Source: Selaginella moellendorffii (taxonomy: Eukaryota > Plantae > Lycopodiophyta). Taken from it: a stretch of 64,000 bases of DNA. Location: contig NW_003314266.1 in assembly GCF_000143415.4 (NCBI RefSeq), positions 1,138,463 through 1,202,462 of the forward strand, written 5' to 3'. The stretch's first letter is position 1. Each line of letters begins with the position of its first letter. Positions 10,306-22,584 of this stretch are shown here, one piece after another. The position numbers and the translations under genes are program-made. The notes below the pieces were generated by a model. It had not been told where the DNA came from. It did not search any database and worked only from the letters and a program-made list of their open reading frames with translations.

Positions 10306-10779
10306 ATATAAAGGGTTTATTTTAGCCTATTATAATTATTTTTCATTCTTTATAACAATAGCTGTACACATGTATGTGTGTAAGATAAAACAAACCTAAT
10401 TATGCATATGGGTGATCATGATCTTGAGCTTCAATCATTAAAGGTAGTGTTAAATTATGTATTTGATTTCACCTTAGTATAGATTGATCGTAGTGCAGTC
10501 ATGTAAACGTGATTTTAAGGTTTCTTCCCCTTCTCTTATATTCTTTTATATCTCTTATTCTATTTTATCTTTTTATTTCTACCTCCACTTCCATCATATT
10601 TATTTCCCTATTACTTTTTGTTATATTTCTTATTTGCTCTTTTGTTCCCTCTCATATTTCAGATGGTCTTTATGTTATGGTAATTGATCAACTCAAGAAG
10701 GAGTATATTGATTGCTTCAACTTCAACCTCTCTTCTCAAGCCAAGATTGCGATATATCATCCTATTCTAATTATTTAAT

Positions 10780-12910
10780 TGTCAAAATTCTTATTTAGTG
10801 TTGATCACCAAAAGAGATTAAGATTTTACAAATTAATATTAAGGAGATGTTAGAGAAGGATGTTATCAAGAAGTTTGGGAATCTTTGCATGTGTGAACTT
10901 TATATTATGATAAATTTTGATGGGAGTATTTGGTTTTAGATTGATTATCATTATTGAATAATATAACTATTCCAGATGTGTGTTTGCTTCCTCACAATAT
11001 CGATCTTTGGGCAAAGTTGTTGATTCACTAAGTTGGATTTTTCTTCTTGGTACTGGTAGATTCTTGTAGCCAAGAAGGATATTCTTAAGACTATGTTCTG
11101 TACATTGTTTAGATATAACAATCTTTTGGTGATGTTATTTGGTTTGAATAATGCTTTAACGACTTTTCAATAGATATAAACAAAATTCTCTATAATATTT
11201 CAAACATGATTACTAATTTTATTGATCATGTCTTGCCCACTCAAAGGGGATATGGGAAGAATATATTTATAATATTTAAGGACACATGACCCACTCAAAG
11301 GGGATATGGGAAGAATATATTTATAATATTTAAGGGTTGGTTGTGGTTTAAAGTTGAAATAGCCTAAATGCATATTTAGGTCTAAAGAAACAACTTATCT
11401 TATATACTATATTTCCAACAAATATTTTCAAATTAATCTTGACAAAGTTTCTAGAGTGAATTCTCTATGTCAAAGTGTGGGAAGGATATATAACACTTCT
11501 TTTACAAGATGCAATATTTCAGCCATTTTGTTGATCATCAAAAGTTTTTAATCACATTGCACTATTGCAAGCATTGTTGAAATTGTTAACATATTTTTTT
11601 TTATAGTTTGAAGATTGTCAGAGGGCATTTGCAAATCTCAAGGTGTTGACAGTTCACGCAACACTTCATTTTACACATGGATGCAAATAATATCAATTTT
11701 GGTAGAGTGTTGTTGTAGGAGAGAACAAGTGTTCTTAGATAGTGTCATTCGATTGTATATATTATTTATATTTTGCAGCCAACTAAGATGAACTACTTTA
11801 CGATAAAGGAGTGTTTAGTAGTGGTGTGGGGTTTTAAAAAGTTTTATATATATTTCCATGGTTTTTAAATTCTATTAAAGGGTGATCATATTGTAATCAC
11901 TTTGTTGCTTAAGTGAAAGAAAGTAATTGGTTGTATTGCACAGTCAGCATTGAAACTTTTCTCCCTCCTCTCTCTTTTCTTATTCTTGAAGAGTTTGTTA
12001 TTTTAGTGTGAGTGAATTTTTTGGATGAAAATTTTATACTCTATCTTCTTTGGATAAGGCTTAAAATGTTGAGTTGTATGGATTTGAAGGCTTCTGATAG
12101 CTTATATCACTTGTCAATAACTTATCATTCTAGCATTTATATTTTTAATATCAATTTATACAGTTAATTTTTAGCAATAAATATGTTATCATCGTTTTTT
12201 ATTACTTGATTTATTAAGTAGAAGTTGGTGTGTTTATTAGTCCATTTATGATGGCTATTAGATACTTCCTCCTTAATTAAGTGGTGTTTTAGCATTTTTG
12301 TTTAGAATGAATCCTCTCAAACAATAATCTTACATTCATGGCTAATGCATTTCATATCTTGACATCTCGATTAAGGATATTGCACAACTTTACAAGTGTT
12401 TATCATCCACGGATTGATAATTTGGTGTTAAGACTTATTAGGACTTTCAAGGAGATAATTGCAAAGTATGCAAACTTTCAACATATGGATTAAGATGGTT
12501 ATTTGCCATCTCTTTTGTATATATATATCATGAGGGTGTGCCTTTTGTTCTTTCTCACACATTTCCTCTTGATTTTTTAAGCACAACAATCACAACCATA
12601 TGTGTCATCTTCAATATTACCCTTCAAACTAAAAAGTTTTATTAGCATGTCACCACATGCTGCTAAGTGAGCTGAGTTTACCTTTGTAAACAGTACATGG
12701 CATTAATATTAAGTTTTAGGATCAATATTTAACAAGCATTCTTTTAGTAGTCCAAATAAAGTTTAGACCACATACATATGGGACAAGGTTATAACTCTTA
12801 ATATCATTCATTTATAATATACACAATGGATGATTTAGTGTTGGTTTATTTTTCCAATCTTACAGTATATGGTTTGTCCAAACAGCTCTTTGCTCAGTGG
12901 ATGGAATTTA
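10780..12910 (+). mobile_element. Heavily decayed Gypsy pol relic of the same family as 55696-60500
   Basis: Colinear similarity, e.g. aaggagatgttagagaaggatgttat vs 57646 aaggagatgttaggaaagggtgttat, and gtgatgttatttggtttgaataatgct vs 57945 gtgatgctatttggtttgaacaatgct. RNaseH and integrase remnants. Confidence 0.8.
11236..11335 (+). repeat. Perfect 46-bp direct duplication with 8-bp spacer
   Basis: cccactcaaaggggatatgggaagaatatatttataatatttaagg at 11236-11281 and 11290-11335. Confidence 0.9.
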
Positions 12911-13499
12911 GAATTATGCATATATTCTATGAACTCATAAGTTTAAAAAAGAAAACCATTCATTGCTATTTCTTAATAATATATTTTGTATTCTATAAAT
13001 TTTTTAACTAGAACTTTCTGTTTTTTATGGATAAAATAATGAAAAATCTAAAATATATATTTCATATATTGAGAGAACCCTAAGGGCAAAAGAGAGATAT
13101 CTTTAGATTACTAATAGCAATGACAATTGCATTATGAAGTGTGGTGGGGTGACATCCATAAACAAAAGTTCTAATAAGACCACACTAGAATTACTCCAAT
13201 TTGAGGGGTTTAAACATATTAAAATCCATATGTGCCAACAAGTTCTTATGCAAACTCTAAATTAAGACTATTAAACACTAAGCTGAGTAGTACCTTTGGG
13301 ACAGAACTGCAAGATTGACAAACCAAAGCAAAACATAGGAGAGGTTCTCATGGATCAAATATTATATTGATCATACACTTGAGCTTTAGCCAACATTATA
13401 GCAAGTGTTCATGCCAACCTGATCTTGAGCAAACTACATAAACATGCAAGGGAAAAAAATCACTCCCGCTACTTTCCATGCAATAAAAAATCATGTCAA

Positions 13500-14140
13500 T
13501 AAGAGAATCCTAAATATGGCAAAAGAGAGGTATCAATCAACCATTTAGGGTGGCCATCTAGATTAGCCACACTAATATAAATGACCACTAGGTAATTGGA
13601 ATCAAATGTAGGGCTTGTAGGTACTATTGTTGTGCATCGAACGCTTCCACAACCTGGATCTTTGGCAACGAGGGTAAGCAAAATGCATTCCTCTCCTCGA
13701 AATTCTTCAAGATTTCAGCTAGAAATCCCTCTGTAGATCCTTTGAAAAATTCCTTGCATCTGCCATGGTCACATACAATCACAACGGCACTTGCATGCAA
13801 ATCATGAGAGACTATAACATAGATTAGCAACAGGAATAAAGAATTCCTTGACCACACAATATTGAGGGAGTGAGACTTGGTGTCTCACTTTTAAAGAGCT
13901 AGGTGTTTCCCAGTTGTCATCCTCTGCAGCCCCCTCCATCCAGATGGTAGGCATTGAAGGTCACTTGTGCTTGGGAGGGAAGGTGCGAGTGATGGACATA
14001 TAAATGACACCGTTTTGCCCTCGCCCTTTTAAAATTAAGTATGCTCGCCAAGACATCTGCCCAGTGCTTCTCCTAAGTGACCATCAATCGTTCTTTGGTA
14101 AATTCATAAAAGTTCATGTGTTTCATCTCACAATAGGACT
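13500..14140 (-). pseudogene. Possible fourth, highly degenerate CR-like NTPase copy
   Basis: Across shifting frames: SYCGDETHELL, TKERLMVT*..STGQMSWRAYLILKG..GVIYM, SAVVIVCDHG (Walker B-like), VEAFDAQQ, NLDGHPKWL. Same motif order as copies A and B. Confidence 0.3.
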
Positions 14141-14499
14141 GTAACCATCATCATGCCAAAGACAGATTCAGTGTAGCTCTTTACCTTTTAATTTCTGTAA
14201 TTTTATTCTTTCACTCCTCCTCTAGGTACGATTGCAGCTCCTATTGCAGCTACTGTGCTTGGAACATAAAATGCTATTAGCCATAGCAAGAGCAGAACAC
14301 TTACATTTGCCAACCATGGAATGACATTCAAGAGTCAGCAGGTTTTTGGAACTTGGTTTCGAGAGGGGATAATAGCGGATCTAGTTGCCCATAGTTAACA
14401 AACACATCTGCATGATTGTCATAGCGGATCACCACCCCATCACTCACACAATTTCCAAAGCAACCAATCCAAGGTGTAGTAAGGCTTCACTCCCTTGAA

Positions 14500-15598
14500 T
14501 AAAAAAGGCTCCTTTTCCTTGACTTTGAGCAGAAACTTCTTGTTATCATGGTTAAGGTCATCCAGGATACTGGCTTGTAGCACAAATGCTTTGCAATACA
14601 TGGCAACACTGATCACCGGCCAAGTAGACCTTCAAATCCATGAAGTCGTCCACCATCTATGGCGTGCGCTCACCATTTCTGCCACAATCGTTTCTCCCAC
14701 AGGAGCTAGCCACACGGACTCCCGCAGCCTCAGCACCGTTGCGACTGCAAAATTGCAATTCCAGGGCGCCACGACGGGGGGTTCACCATAGTACTCTTCT
14801 GCGAGAAGAGGTGCCAGCCCGATCTCGAGGACCTCTTCCATGCCGAGTGTGGCACCCTGGATTGCTCGAAGGCAAGCGTGCCTCCTAAGGGGCTCGCACA
14901 GGCAAGCGCATCTCCAATCTTTGTTCTTGTATAAAAAGTGCCCATTCCCGGCATTGTTGAGCTCTTTCAACTGGGACTCACCGCTTTTAAGCTCAGAGCC
15001 GGCCAAAGCCTCCAATGCCGGCCTCCATGCACTGGCCGGGCCTTTCTCGAGCTTGCCAAGGGCATCGTCAACCCCATCGGCATACAAGAGGGAGATCACC
15101 ACCGTAGTAGAACTTCAGGAGCAGCGGCGAGAACCCGGTGAGGTGCCGGACAGTGTCGTCCACCGGCGGCTTACCGGCGTGCTGCGCAAACCAGTTGACC
15201 TCCTCGCCATCGAAGGTTTCTGGCATGTCAAAGAAGGCATTTGCAGCACCAGGGTCCGCAGAGATACACCGCCTGGGGAGGGGAGTTGTGCGTTAGAACT
15301 GAGCAGGAGGATGCTATCGACTTACCTTGCATCGGTTTTGCGTCGTGAGAAAGGCAGCGAGTGTGGCGAGTTTGCCACAGCCGGGTAGCCCCCTGATGCA
15401 TCCACGGCTGCCGGGCGCGACAAAGGCGGCGTCACGGAAGCAGGCCCGGCCCATGAAGGCGATCCAGATGGTCTCCTCTAGGAAGTCCGAGGGCAGCCGC
15501 ACACGAGTGAGAGAGCGCTCGCTGCACAGCTGCTGCTCGGCCACCCCGCACAGGTTCTTCTGCATCTCCTGCCAGCTTTCGATGCACCTCCAAGCCAT
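14500..15598 (-). pseudogene. CR-like NTPase(-REase) gene, internally deleted and frameshifted
   Basis: IAFMGRACF..CIRGLPGCGKLATLAAFL, then a 53-nt GT-AG intron (15273-15325), AVYL, a frameshift to TFDGEEVNWFAQH..VRHLTGFSPLLLK, then GHFLYK..CACLCEPLRRHAC and VVAPWNCNFAVA. Confidence 0.65.
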
Positions 15599-17451
15599 CT
15601 AAATCCTTGAAAACATTGCTAGGTTTTTTGCCTCCAAGCGCCAACAAGGCGTGCGACGCAATTTTGATATTGGAGAGCCCACGAAAGATCTCGAACCTCA
15701 TCCGCCGTGGTCGACGGCAACACGACGGAGGTTGTGAAAACTCTTTCCAGACAGCTTATTATCACCAAAGAGCTTATATTCTTGAAAAAAACCTGCCTAT
15801 TAATATAGAAATAAAATATAAAGTATTAAAGATCAAACAGAACTTGATATAATTTGAGATTCAATAGGAAAAAATACATTTTCTCTGTGGCGCAGTATGG
15901 ATTTCTTAACTAGAAAGAACACAATGCAGCCTTAATATAGCTCTTCTGTAAGCTTCATTCGTAAGCTTCATATTTCTTTTCTTTTTTTCTTTTAACATTT
16001 TCTATCCCATTAAAGCATCTTCAATTATTTAGTCCATCCTTGCTATTATTTATGTATACATGCTGTATATTTAGAATACAAAATATAATGGTTAATATTA
16101 AATTAATTTAATCTTGTGTTTATAAACGCTAAATCAGTTTATAATTTATGAACTTTGAAATAAATAAAGAGTAGAAATTATTGTAATACTATGGTAAATC
16201 TATTTTTCACTATAAAGCAAATCAATTATTTTTTCAAAATTTAAGTATATAAGTTTTTAGTAATAAATAGTTTTAAGTGATTTGTTTAGCACTTAGTAGA
16301 AAAAATATTATTTCATAGAATTTTAATAGAGTTAAATTAAATATAAGGATATGGTATATAAATATGTGATTAAGAAAATATCAACAGATATAATATATCT
16401 ATATAAAGTATATAAAGGCTAATTTATTATTTATTTTTATATTTTATAACTGAATATATTTTTAGGATTTTATTCAGTCTTTGAATGGTCAATAATTAAT
16501 ATGTTTGCAAATTCTATAGAAAATTAAACTATGAAAAAAAAAGTCCTATACACTATGAGTGAAAGTGTTTTTTTAATCTATAAAAATATACTGTGTTCAA
16601 AAAAATTAAAGAAATTTATATAAGTTTAATTAAAATACATTGTTGCACATCCTTTTTTTTAAATAAAGTTTTGTATTATAACACTTATTATAATTAATAC
16701 ATTATAAGGAAGTGTTTTTACTAAGTAAAGTGGCTAATATAAACCAACCATTCCATCGTATTTAAGAATATTTTCATCATAAACAAGATGGATGAATAAT
16801 GTAGAATATACTAGGAGAGGTTTATAAATTTTAAAAATGTTTATAACTATAAACACAAAATTAATCTAAACGAACCAGAAGATTCATAACTCGTTAACCA
16901 AATCAGAACTATTAACAAATCTGAGAGAATTCACAGGCTGATCAGAAACTCAGATTCATGATCCCTCAGTCAATCTTAATCGACAAGCTGTTACTATGCT
17001 AGCTGTTGCTATGATATTCTCATCCTTGAGATCAACTCTTTCACTTCACTCACTGTTGACAATGTCAGCAGTTTTTGGCACTTTCACAATGAAAAATTCA
17101 ACTCGGGACTGGCCCACCTGGCAAGAGGAAAAATTAAACTTTTGCTTTGGTTTCCATAAACTACAGCTGACCGTCATGTGCCACGATACAGTCTTATCGT
17201 CACCTTGTGTCTTCACACAAAAAGTCCAAAAAGATGAGAGCTTGTGATAAACGAGCGTAAAATAAAGACGGAAAACGCACCAAGAGAGGATGAGATGAGA
17301 AAGTTCCCGACCCGTGACCACGAGAAACACGCTCCAATTCTCCACTACATACGCTTCTCTCTGGCTCCTTATAAGCAACGTACACCGTGCGAAAGTACTT
17401 CTCTTCAATCGCTCGTTTTCACAATCCCCACCTGCCTCCCAAACGCAATCC

Positions 17452-20437
17452 ATGGCTCCCACCCAAGTCCTTCTCAAAGGCCTCATCCTCCTCCAGAAGA
17501 AGCACGTCCTGGATCTCACGGACGTTAGAGCGGATCTCTGGGACGACGCCAACGACTTGTTTGGAAACAAAGTCAAACTCCAGCTGATAAGCGAGCTCGT
17601 CGATCCTGGTAAGCAGCAGCCGCAGCAGGGACTCTGAACGAAATCTCTTGCTTTTGCAGCCACTGGAAGCGGGAAGACGAGCCCCGAGGTCGCAATTAGC
17701 GGATGGTTTCTGTCGTTCGACGGTCTGTCTGCTGGAGATGTCAAGTATGAGATCCAGTTCTCGGTGGACAGTGACTTTGGCACTCCCGGGGCGTTTCTCA
17801 TCCGGAACCACCATCCCAACCAGTTCTTCCTCAAGTCCTTGACACTGAGCGCCCCGGACGGCTCTACGATCCACTTTCCCTGCGAGTCGTGGGTGCACAA
17901 CACCTCCAAGTACAGCAGCCCCCGCGTGTTCTTCAGGAACCAGGTACAGATCTGTTCAAAATCGGATTTTGCATTAGCAGCAGTCGAGCGAGAATTCTAA
18001 TCCAACTTTACCTCTTGCAGGTGTACTTGCCTGACTCTACACCCCCGGGACTGAAGACCATCCGCGAGAACGAGCTCAAGTGCATTCGCGGAACTGGAGA
18101 AGGCACGCGTGTCCCAGGCGACAGGATTTACGACTATGATGTCTACAACGATCTTGGAAATCCCGATGCCAAGCCGGAACTCAAAAGACCGGTCTTGGGA
18201 GGTGCGAAGCTTCAGTATCCTCGAAGGATTCGGACTGGACGCAAGCCTGCAAGAACTGGTAAGGAGTTTAGATTTAGCAGCAGCAGCGTACTGACCTGCT
18301 CTACTCTTCTCCGTATTTTAGATAGCTTATCCGAGAGCTGGTCATCCGACGACATGTATCTTCCACCCGACGAGAAAACTGCCAAGATCAGGAGTTCCAG
18401 TGTTTTGGGAGACTCCATCAAAGCGTTTGCTCACAAAATTGTCCCAGCAATCAAGACCTTCTATGCTGACCGGGCAGCCAGCTTCGAGAGCCTCGACGAG
18501 ATCAAGGCTCTGTACGAAGAAGGTATCGACTTGGGAACCTGTGTCAACCCGTTAACCGACGAAGAAGCCAAGAAGAAAGTGCGAAATCCGTTTACCTTGA
18601 TAAACGAGCTGACTACCACGGACGACGCCAACGCGGGGCTGCTCAAGTATCCACTGCCACAGATCTTACAAGGTTCTAGTCTTTCGCTCACAGGTTTGTG
18701 TAGAGACGATCGCTGACGGAGATCTTTTGTGCCAGGTGATGACGATACATGGATGTCCAACGATGAGTTCGCTAGACAGACTATCGCCGGATTGAACCCC
18801 ATGCTGATCACGAAGCTCGAAACTTTTCCTCCCACAAGTTCTTTGGATCCAGCTGTATTTGGAGCACAGGCCACTGCATTGACAAACGAGCACATTCAGA
18901 CCCAGCTTCAAGGTCTCACAGTAGAACAGGTAACGTACATCTTCTAGACAAGGAAAACCAAAAGAGACTTACGTGAAAAAACTTTCAGGCGCTTGAGAAG
19001 AACAGGCTATTCATTGTAGACTACCACGATGTTTTCCTGCCATACTTAAACATCATCAATGCTCAGAAGAACAAAAGAACATACGGAACACGCACCATAC
19101 TTTTCCTCTCGAACGAAGGAACTCTGAAGATTGTCGCCATCGAGCTGAGCCTTCCAGCACCAGGAGAGAAGGGTCAGAGGAGCAATCGAGTTTTCCTACC
19201 TCCAACTAACAAAAAGGACTGGCTTTGGGAGCTTGCCAAAGCTCACGTCTCAGTTAATGACGCTGGATACCATCAACTCGTCAGTCACTGGTAAGTTTCA
19301 TTGAAGTTTTTCTTTCTTTCCCTGTACAAACAAAGAACACGTTCCATGATCAGGCTGAAGACTCACGCTATCATGGAGCCAATCATCATAGCCACTTACA
19401 GGCAGCTCAGCGCTCTCCATCCGATCCTCCTCTTACTTCAGCCACATTACAAGAACACAATGTCAATCAACGCGAGAGCTCGCAAGGCACTGATCAACGC
19501 CGGGGGCATCATCGAGGACTGCTTCACAACCGGACGATACTCCATTGAGATGAGCGCCGTTGTCTATGGACTCTCATGGAGATTCGACCAGGAAGGACTC
19601 CCAGCGGACTTGATCAAGAGGTAACCAAAGCAGGAAAAAACCAATAAAGATCGAGTTTTGTTCTAACGAAAAACTGCTATGATCAGGAAAATGGCTGTTC
19701 CGGATCCAAACGCAAAGCACGGACTGGAACTTATCATCAAGGACTACCCCTACGCGGTCGACGGCCTCAACATCTGGGACGCTATCAAAAACTGGGTGAC
19801 GGACTACACGGACATCTTCTACAAGGAGGACGCGTCAGTAGCGGCGGACACCGAGCTCCAGAGCTGGTGGCACGAGATCCGCTACGTCGGTCACGCAGAC
19901 AAGAAGGACGCCGACTGGTGGCTCAAGCTCGACTCCAAGAAGAACCTGGTAGAGTTGCTTACCACGGTGATCTGGTTGGCCTCGGCACACCACGCCGCCG
20001 TCAACTTCGGACAGTACGCTTACGCCGGCTACCCGGCAAACCGCCCGACCATCGCGCACCGCTTCGTCCCGGAGCCCGGCACCAAGGAGCACGAGGAGTT
20101 CCTGCAAAACCCCGAGAAGTTTTATCTGTCAGCAATCTCGTCCAGAGTGGAAGCTACAACTGTGATGACAACGATAGAGATCCTGTCAACTCACACGGCA
20201 GACGAGGAGTACCTGGGCGAGCGCAAGAGCGAGAACTGGACCGGGGACGCTCGAGTCCTCGCCGCCTTTAGCAACTTCACGGCCGCCATGCGAGAGGTGG
20301 AGCACCAGGTGATGGCCAACAACAAGAACCCGAGCCTCAAGAACCGGCACGGAGCTGTCGATGGCTACACGCTGCTGTGTATTAACTCCAAGCCCGGCCT
20401 CACTGGAAGAGGAGTCCCAAACAGCATTTCCATCTAA
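17452..20437 (+). CDS. LOX: Lipoxygenase (multi-exon; PLAT plus catalytic domain)
   Basis: Motifs [61 protein letters not shown] and C-terminal RGVPNSISI*. Short GT-AG introns (e.g. 17609-17659, 17944-18020, 18259-18321). Confidence 0.97.
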
Positions 20438-21049
20438 AAAACGCGAAAGCTTTCCACTCTTCCCCGTTTGTACTTCGAGAATCAACCAAGTCACCCATTC
20501 CAAAAGCTCGCGACAGGAGCTGGCTTGTTCCAAAAAACTCTTACAATATTACACCTATGCATTGTCGTGCTGCTGCGAACATTCTATATTGAATAGTCTT
20601 GTACAGCTCCCTGGACCAAAAAAAATCAAGCTTTAGCTGTCATGGGTCCACACATAGCTGTTGTATCTTGTACCTTGGAATGAAAAACCAAACTTTTTGG
20701 TACTCGGGCCGTGACAAAGCCAAAAGATCGGGTCAATTCTATCCTCCCTGTTCCATCTTCCATCCTCTTTTCTTCAACTTCTTCTCCCATCTTTGTCGAA
20801 TCGCCACTGTAGTGTGCACTGTAATCGTTGTTGGCTGTGTGGAGCAGCGCTCTCTCTATACACTTCGCGGCTGGCTGGATCGCTCGCTTGATTCTCTTGC
20901 TGCTCCCTGGAAACCATACAGCGACAAGCGCGGTCTCGAGCAAAAGATATAGTCGGTCACCCCGGAAAACAATCTCCAAAACGAATGTACAAGACGACGT
21001 AGCGAGCGCAAACTGTGTAGTGTGTTCTTTGTGTATGTGTATGTGTGTG

Positions 21050-22324
21050 TCAATGGCTGCTGGTTGGAAAGAGCGTCAAAATTCGCCTGGGAGGCGACGA
21101 GCCGGGCTGTCCTTGATTCTCCATCACCATCTCCCTGTGATCCCCCGGACCGCCACCCATCCTCTGAGGCACAGACCTCCCCAAAGTCCCGTAAGGATGG
21201 TGCTCGAAGCCCGAGTAAGGAGGCCGGGGACCAAACGCGGCACCGACGTGAGGAGCTCCAAGCCCGGCAATCGGCACAGGCACCACCGGCGAGAATGGAA
21301 GAGCTACGACGTCGTCGCGATGGCCGGGGATGAAATGAGCAGCGGCGGCGGCGAGGCCCGGAGGAACCGGCGTGGAGGCAAAGAGATGATCTGAGGCCGA
21401 CGGCCCCTCGCTCGAGAGCCCCTGCATCCTCTTAAGATAGAGACGGTACTTCTGGAGATGGCTGGCGACGTTCTCTCGCGTGAGACCCTCTACGTTCATC
21501 AGCTGCATGATCGTCTTTGGCACCGCGTTCTTGATCCCCAGGTGCGCCACCGCGTCCACGAATCGCTTGTGGAGCTGTGGAGTCCAAACCAGCCTCGGCC
21601 TCTTGAGAGTTCTAGCGGCCGGCTCCTCGCCGGAGTTCTCGGGACCCCCGCCAGAGTCGGCCTCCTCCTCCTCGCCCAGATCCGACGATTGCTTCCTCAA
21701 TTTCTTGGCGGTGTTGCTGCTGTCCTCGGCCCCCATTCCACCACCAGAGCTCGTCTCTGGCCGCCGCTCGTAGGGGCTGTAGGGGAGATTGCTCATCATC
21801 GGCGCGCTGGCGACGCCAACCTCACCTCTCCTGGCCGGATCAAAGCCCTGCGTACCTTGAAACTGGAAAGAATTCCCCGCTTGCCCCGGCTGGAGCGAGG
21901 AATTCGCAGCCGCCCCAGCTCCAGCTCCCGCCCCAGCGCCAGCGTCCGCGAAACCCCCAATCCCGTTCCCCGCCGCGGCATTCTTGTCAATCTCCTCCTC
22001 TGCCGCGACTGGAAACGCGGGGATCGACTCGAACACGCCTCCGGGCGACGACGATGGCTGGCGCCGCAGCGCCGTGACCGTGGCGATCGAGGCGTGCAGC
22101 ACGTCCGACGAGGATTTGGCCGCCTCCTGCGAGATGCTAAATGCACTGGCCAGCTCCGGCGTGATCAAGCTCTGATTCAAGGGCGTCAGCTCCTCCGGCG
22201 TCGGCAGGCCCTCCTCCCACTCCTCGACGCGATCGTTCTCCTTCACCGCTGCTGCCATCGCGCGCGCCCCTGCCTGCCCTAACCCTAACCCTAATCCGCC
22301 ATAGCCCAGATCTCCCTGATCCAT
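21050..22324 (-). CDS. LUX: LUX ARRHYTHMO/BOA(PCL1)-like GARP-Myb transcription factor, intronless
   Basis: N-terminal [33 protein letters not shown] and GARP domain [64 protein letters not shown]. First ATG at 22324. Confidence 0.93.
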   Translation of the reverse strand: MDQGDLGYGGLGLGLGQAGARAMAAAVKENDRVEEWEEGLPTPEELTPLNQSLITPELASAFSISQEAAKSSSDVLHASIATVTALRRQPSSSPGGVFESIPAFPVAAEEEIDKNAAAGNGIGGFADAGAGAGAGAGAAANSSLQPGQAGNSFQFQGTQGFDPARRGEVGVASAPMMSNLPYSPYERRPETSSGGGMGAEDSSNTAKKLRKQSSDLGEEEEADSGGGPENSGEEPAARTLKRPRLVWTPQLHKRFVDAVAHLGIKNAVPKTIMQLMNVEGLTRENVASHLQKYRLYLKRMQGLSSEGPSASDHLFASTPVPPGLAAAAAHFIPGHRDDVVALPFSPVVPVPIAGLGAPHVGAAFGPRPPYSGFEHHPYGTLGRSVPQRMGGGPGDHREMVMENQGQPGSSPPRRILTLFPTSSH

Positions 22325-22433
22325 TATCTTTTGGTCGGCCGGACATGTGATTTCCCACGGCGCATTCCATTGGCCCACGTACTCTGCGGTTGTTTAAGTA
22401 AGAGAATCTCGATCCATCGTAAAAAGATCTGGC

Positions 22434-22441
22434 AGATATTT
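22434..22441 (-). promoter_or_regulatory. Evening element (AAATATCT) upstream of the LUX-like gene
   Basis: agatattt on +, 110 bp upstream of the ATG. ACGT cores at ~22377 and ~22467. Confidence 0.55.
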
Positions 22442-22584
22442 GCGATTTGGTGAGCAATGGGGGGTCACGTTTCTATTTTCTGGCCCCCACCTACCCGGGA
22501 TTAAAATCGAACTAACTAGTGGCATAGTGGAATCTTTTAAAGCCTAGACTAGGGCGGGAAATTCAAGCTTTTTAAAATTTTAAA

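Noticed and set aside
11236-11335. Repeat-spacer-repeat as a CRISPR-like unit
   Set aside because: Only two copies with an 8-bp spacer inside a retroelement relic in a eukaryote; no cas genes.
22277-22296. Telomere-like ccctaaccctaaccctaa
   Set aside because: Encodes GLGLGLG within the LUX-like CDS; too short for an interstitial telomere call.
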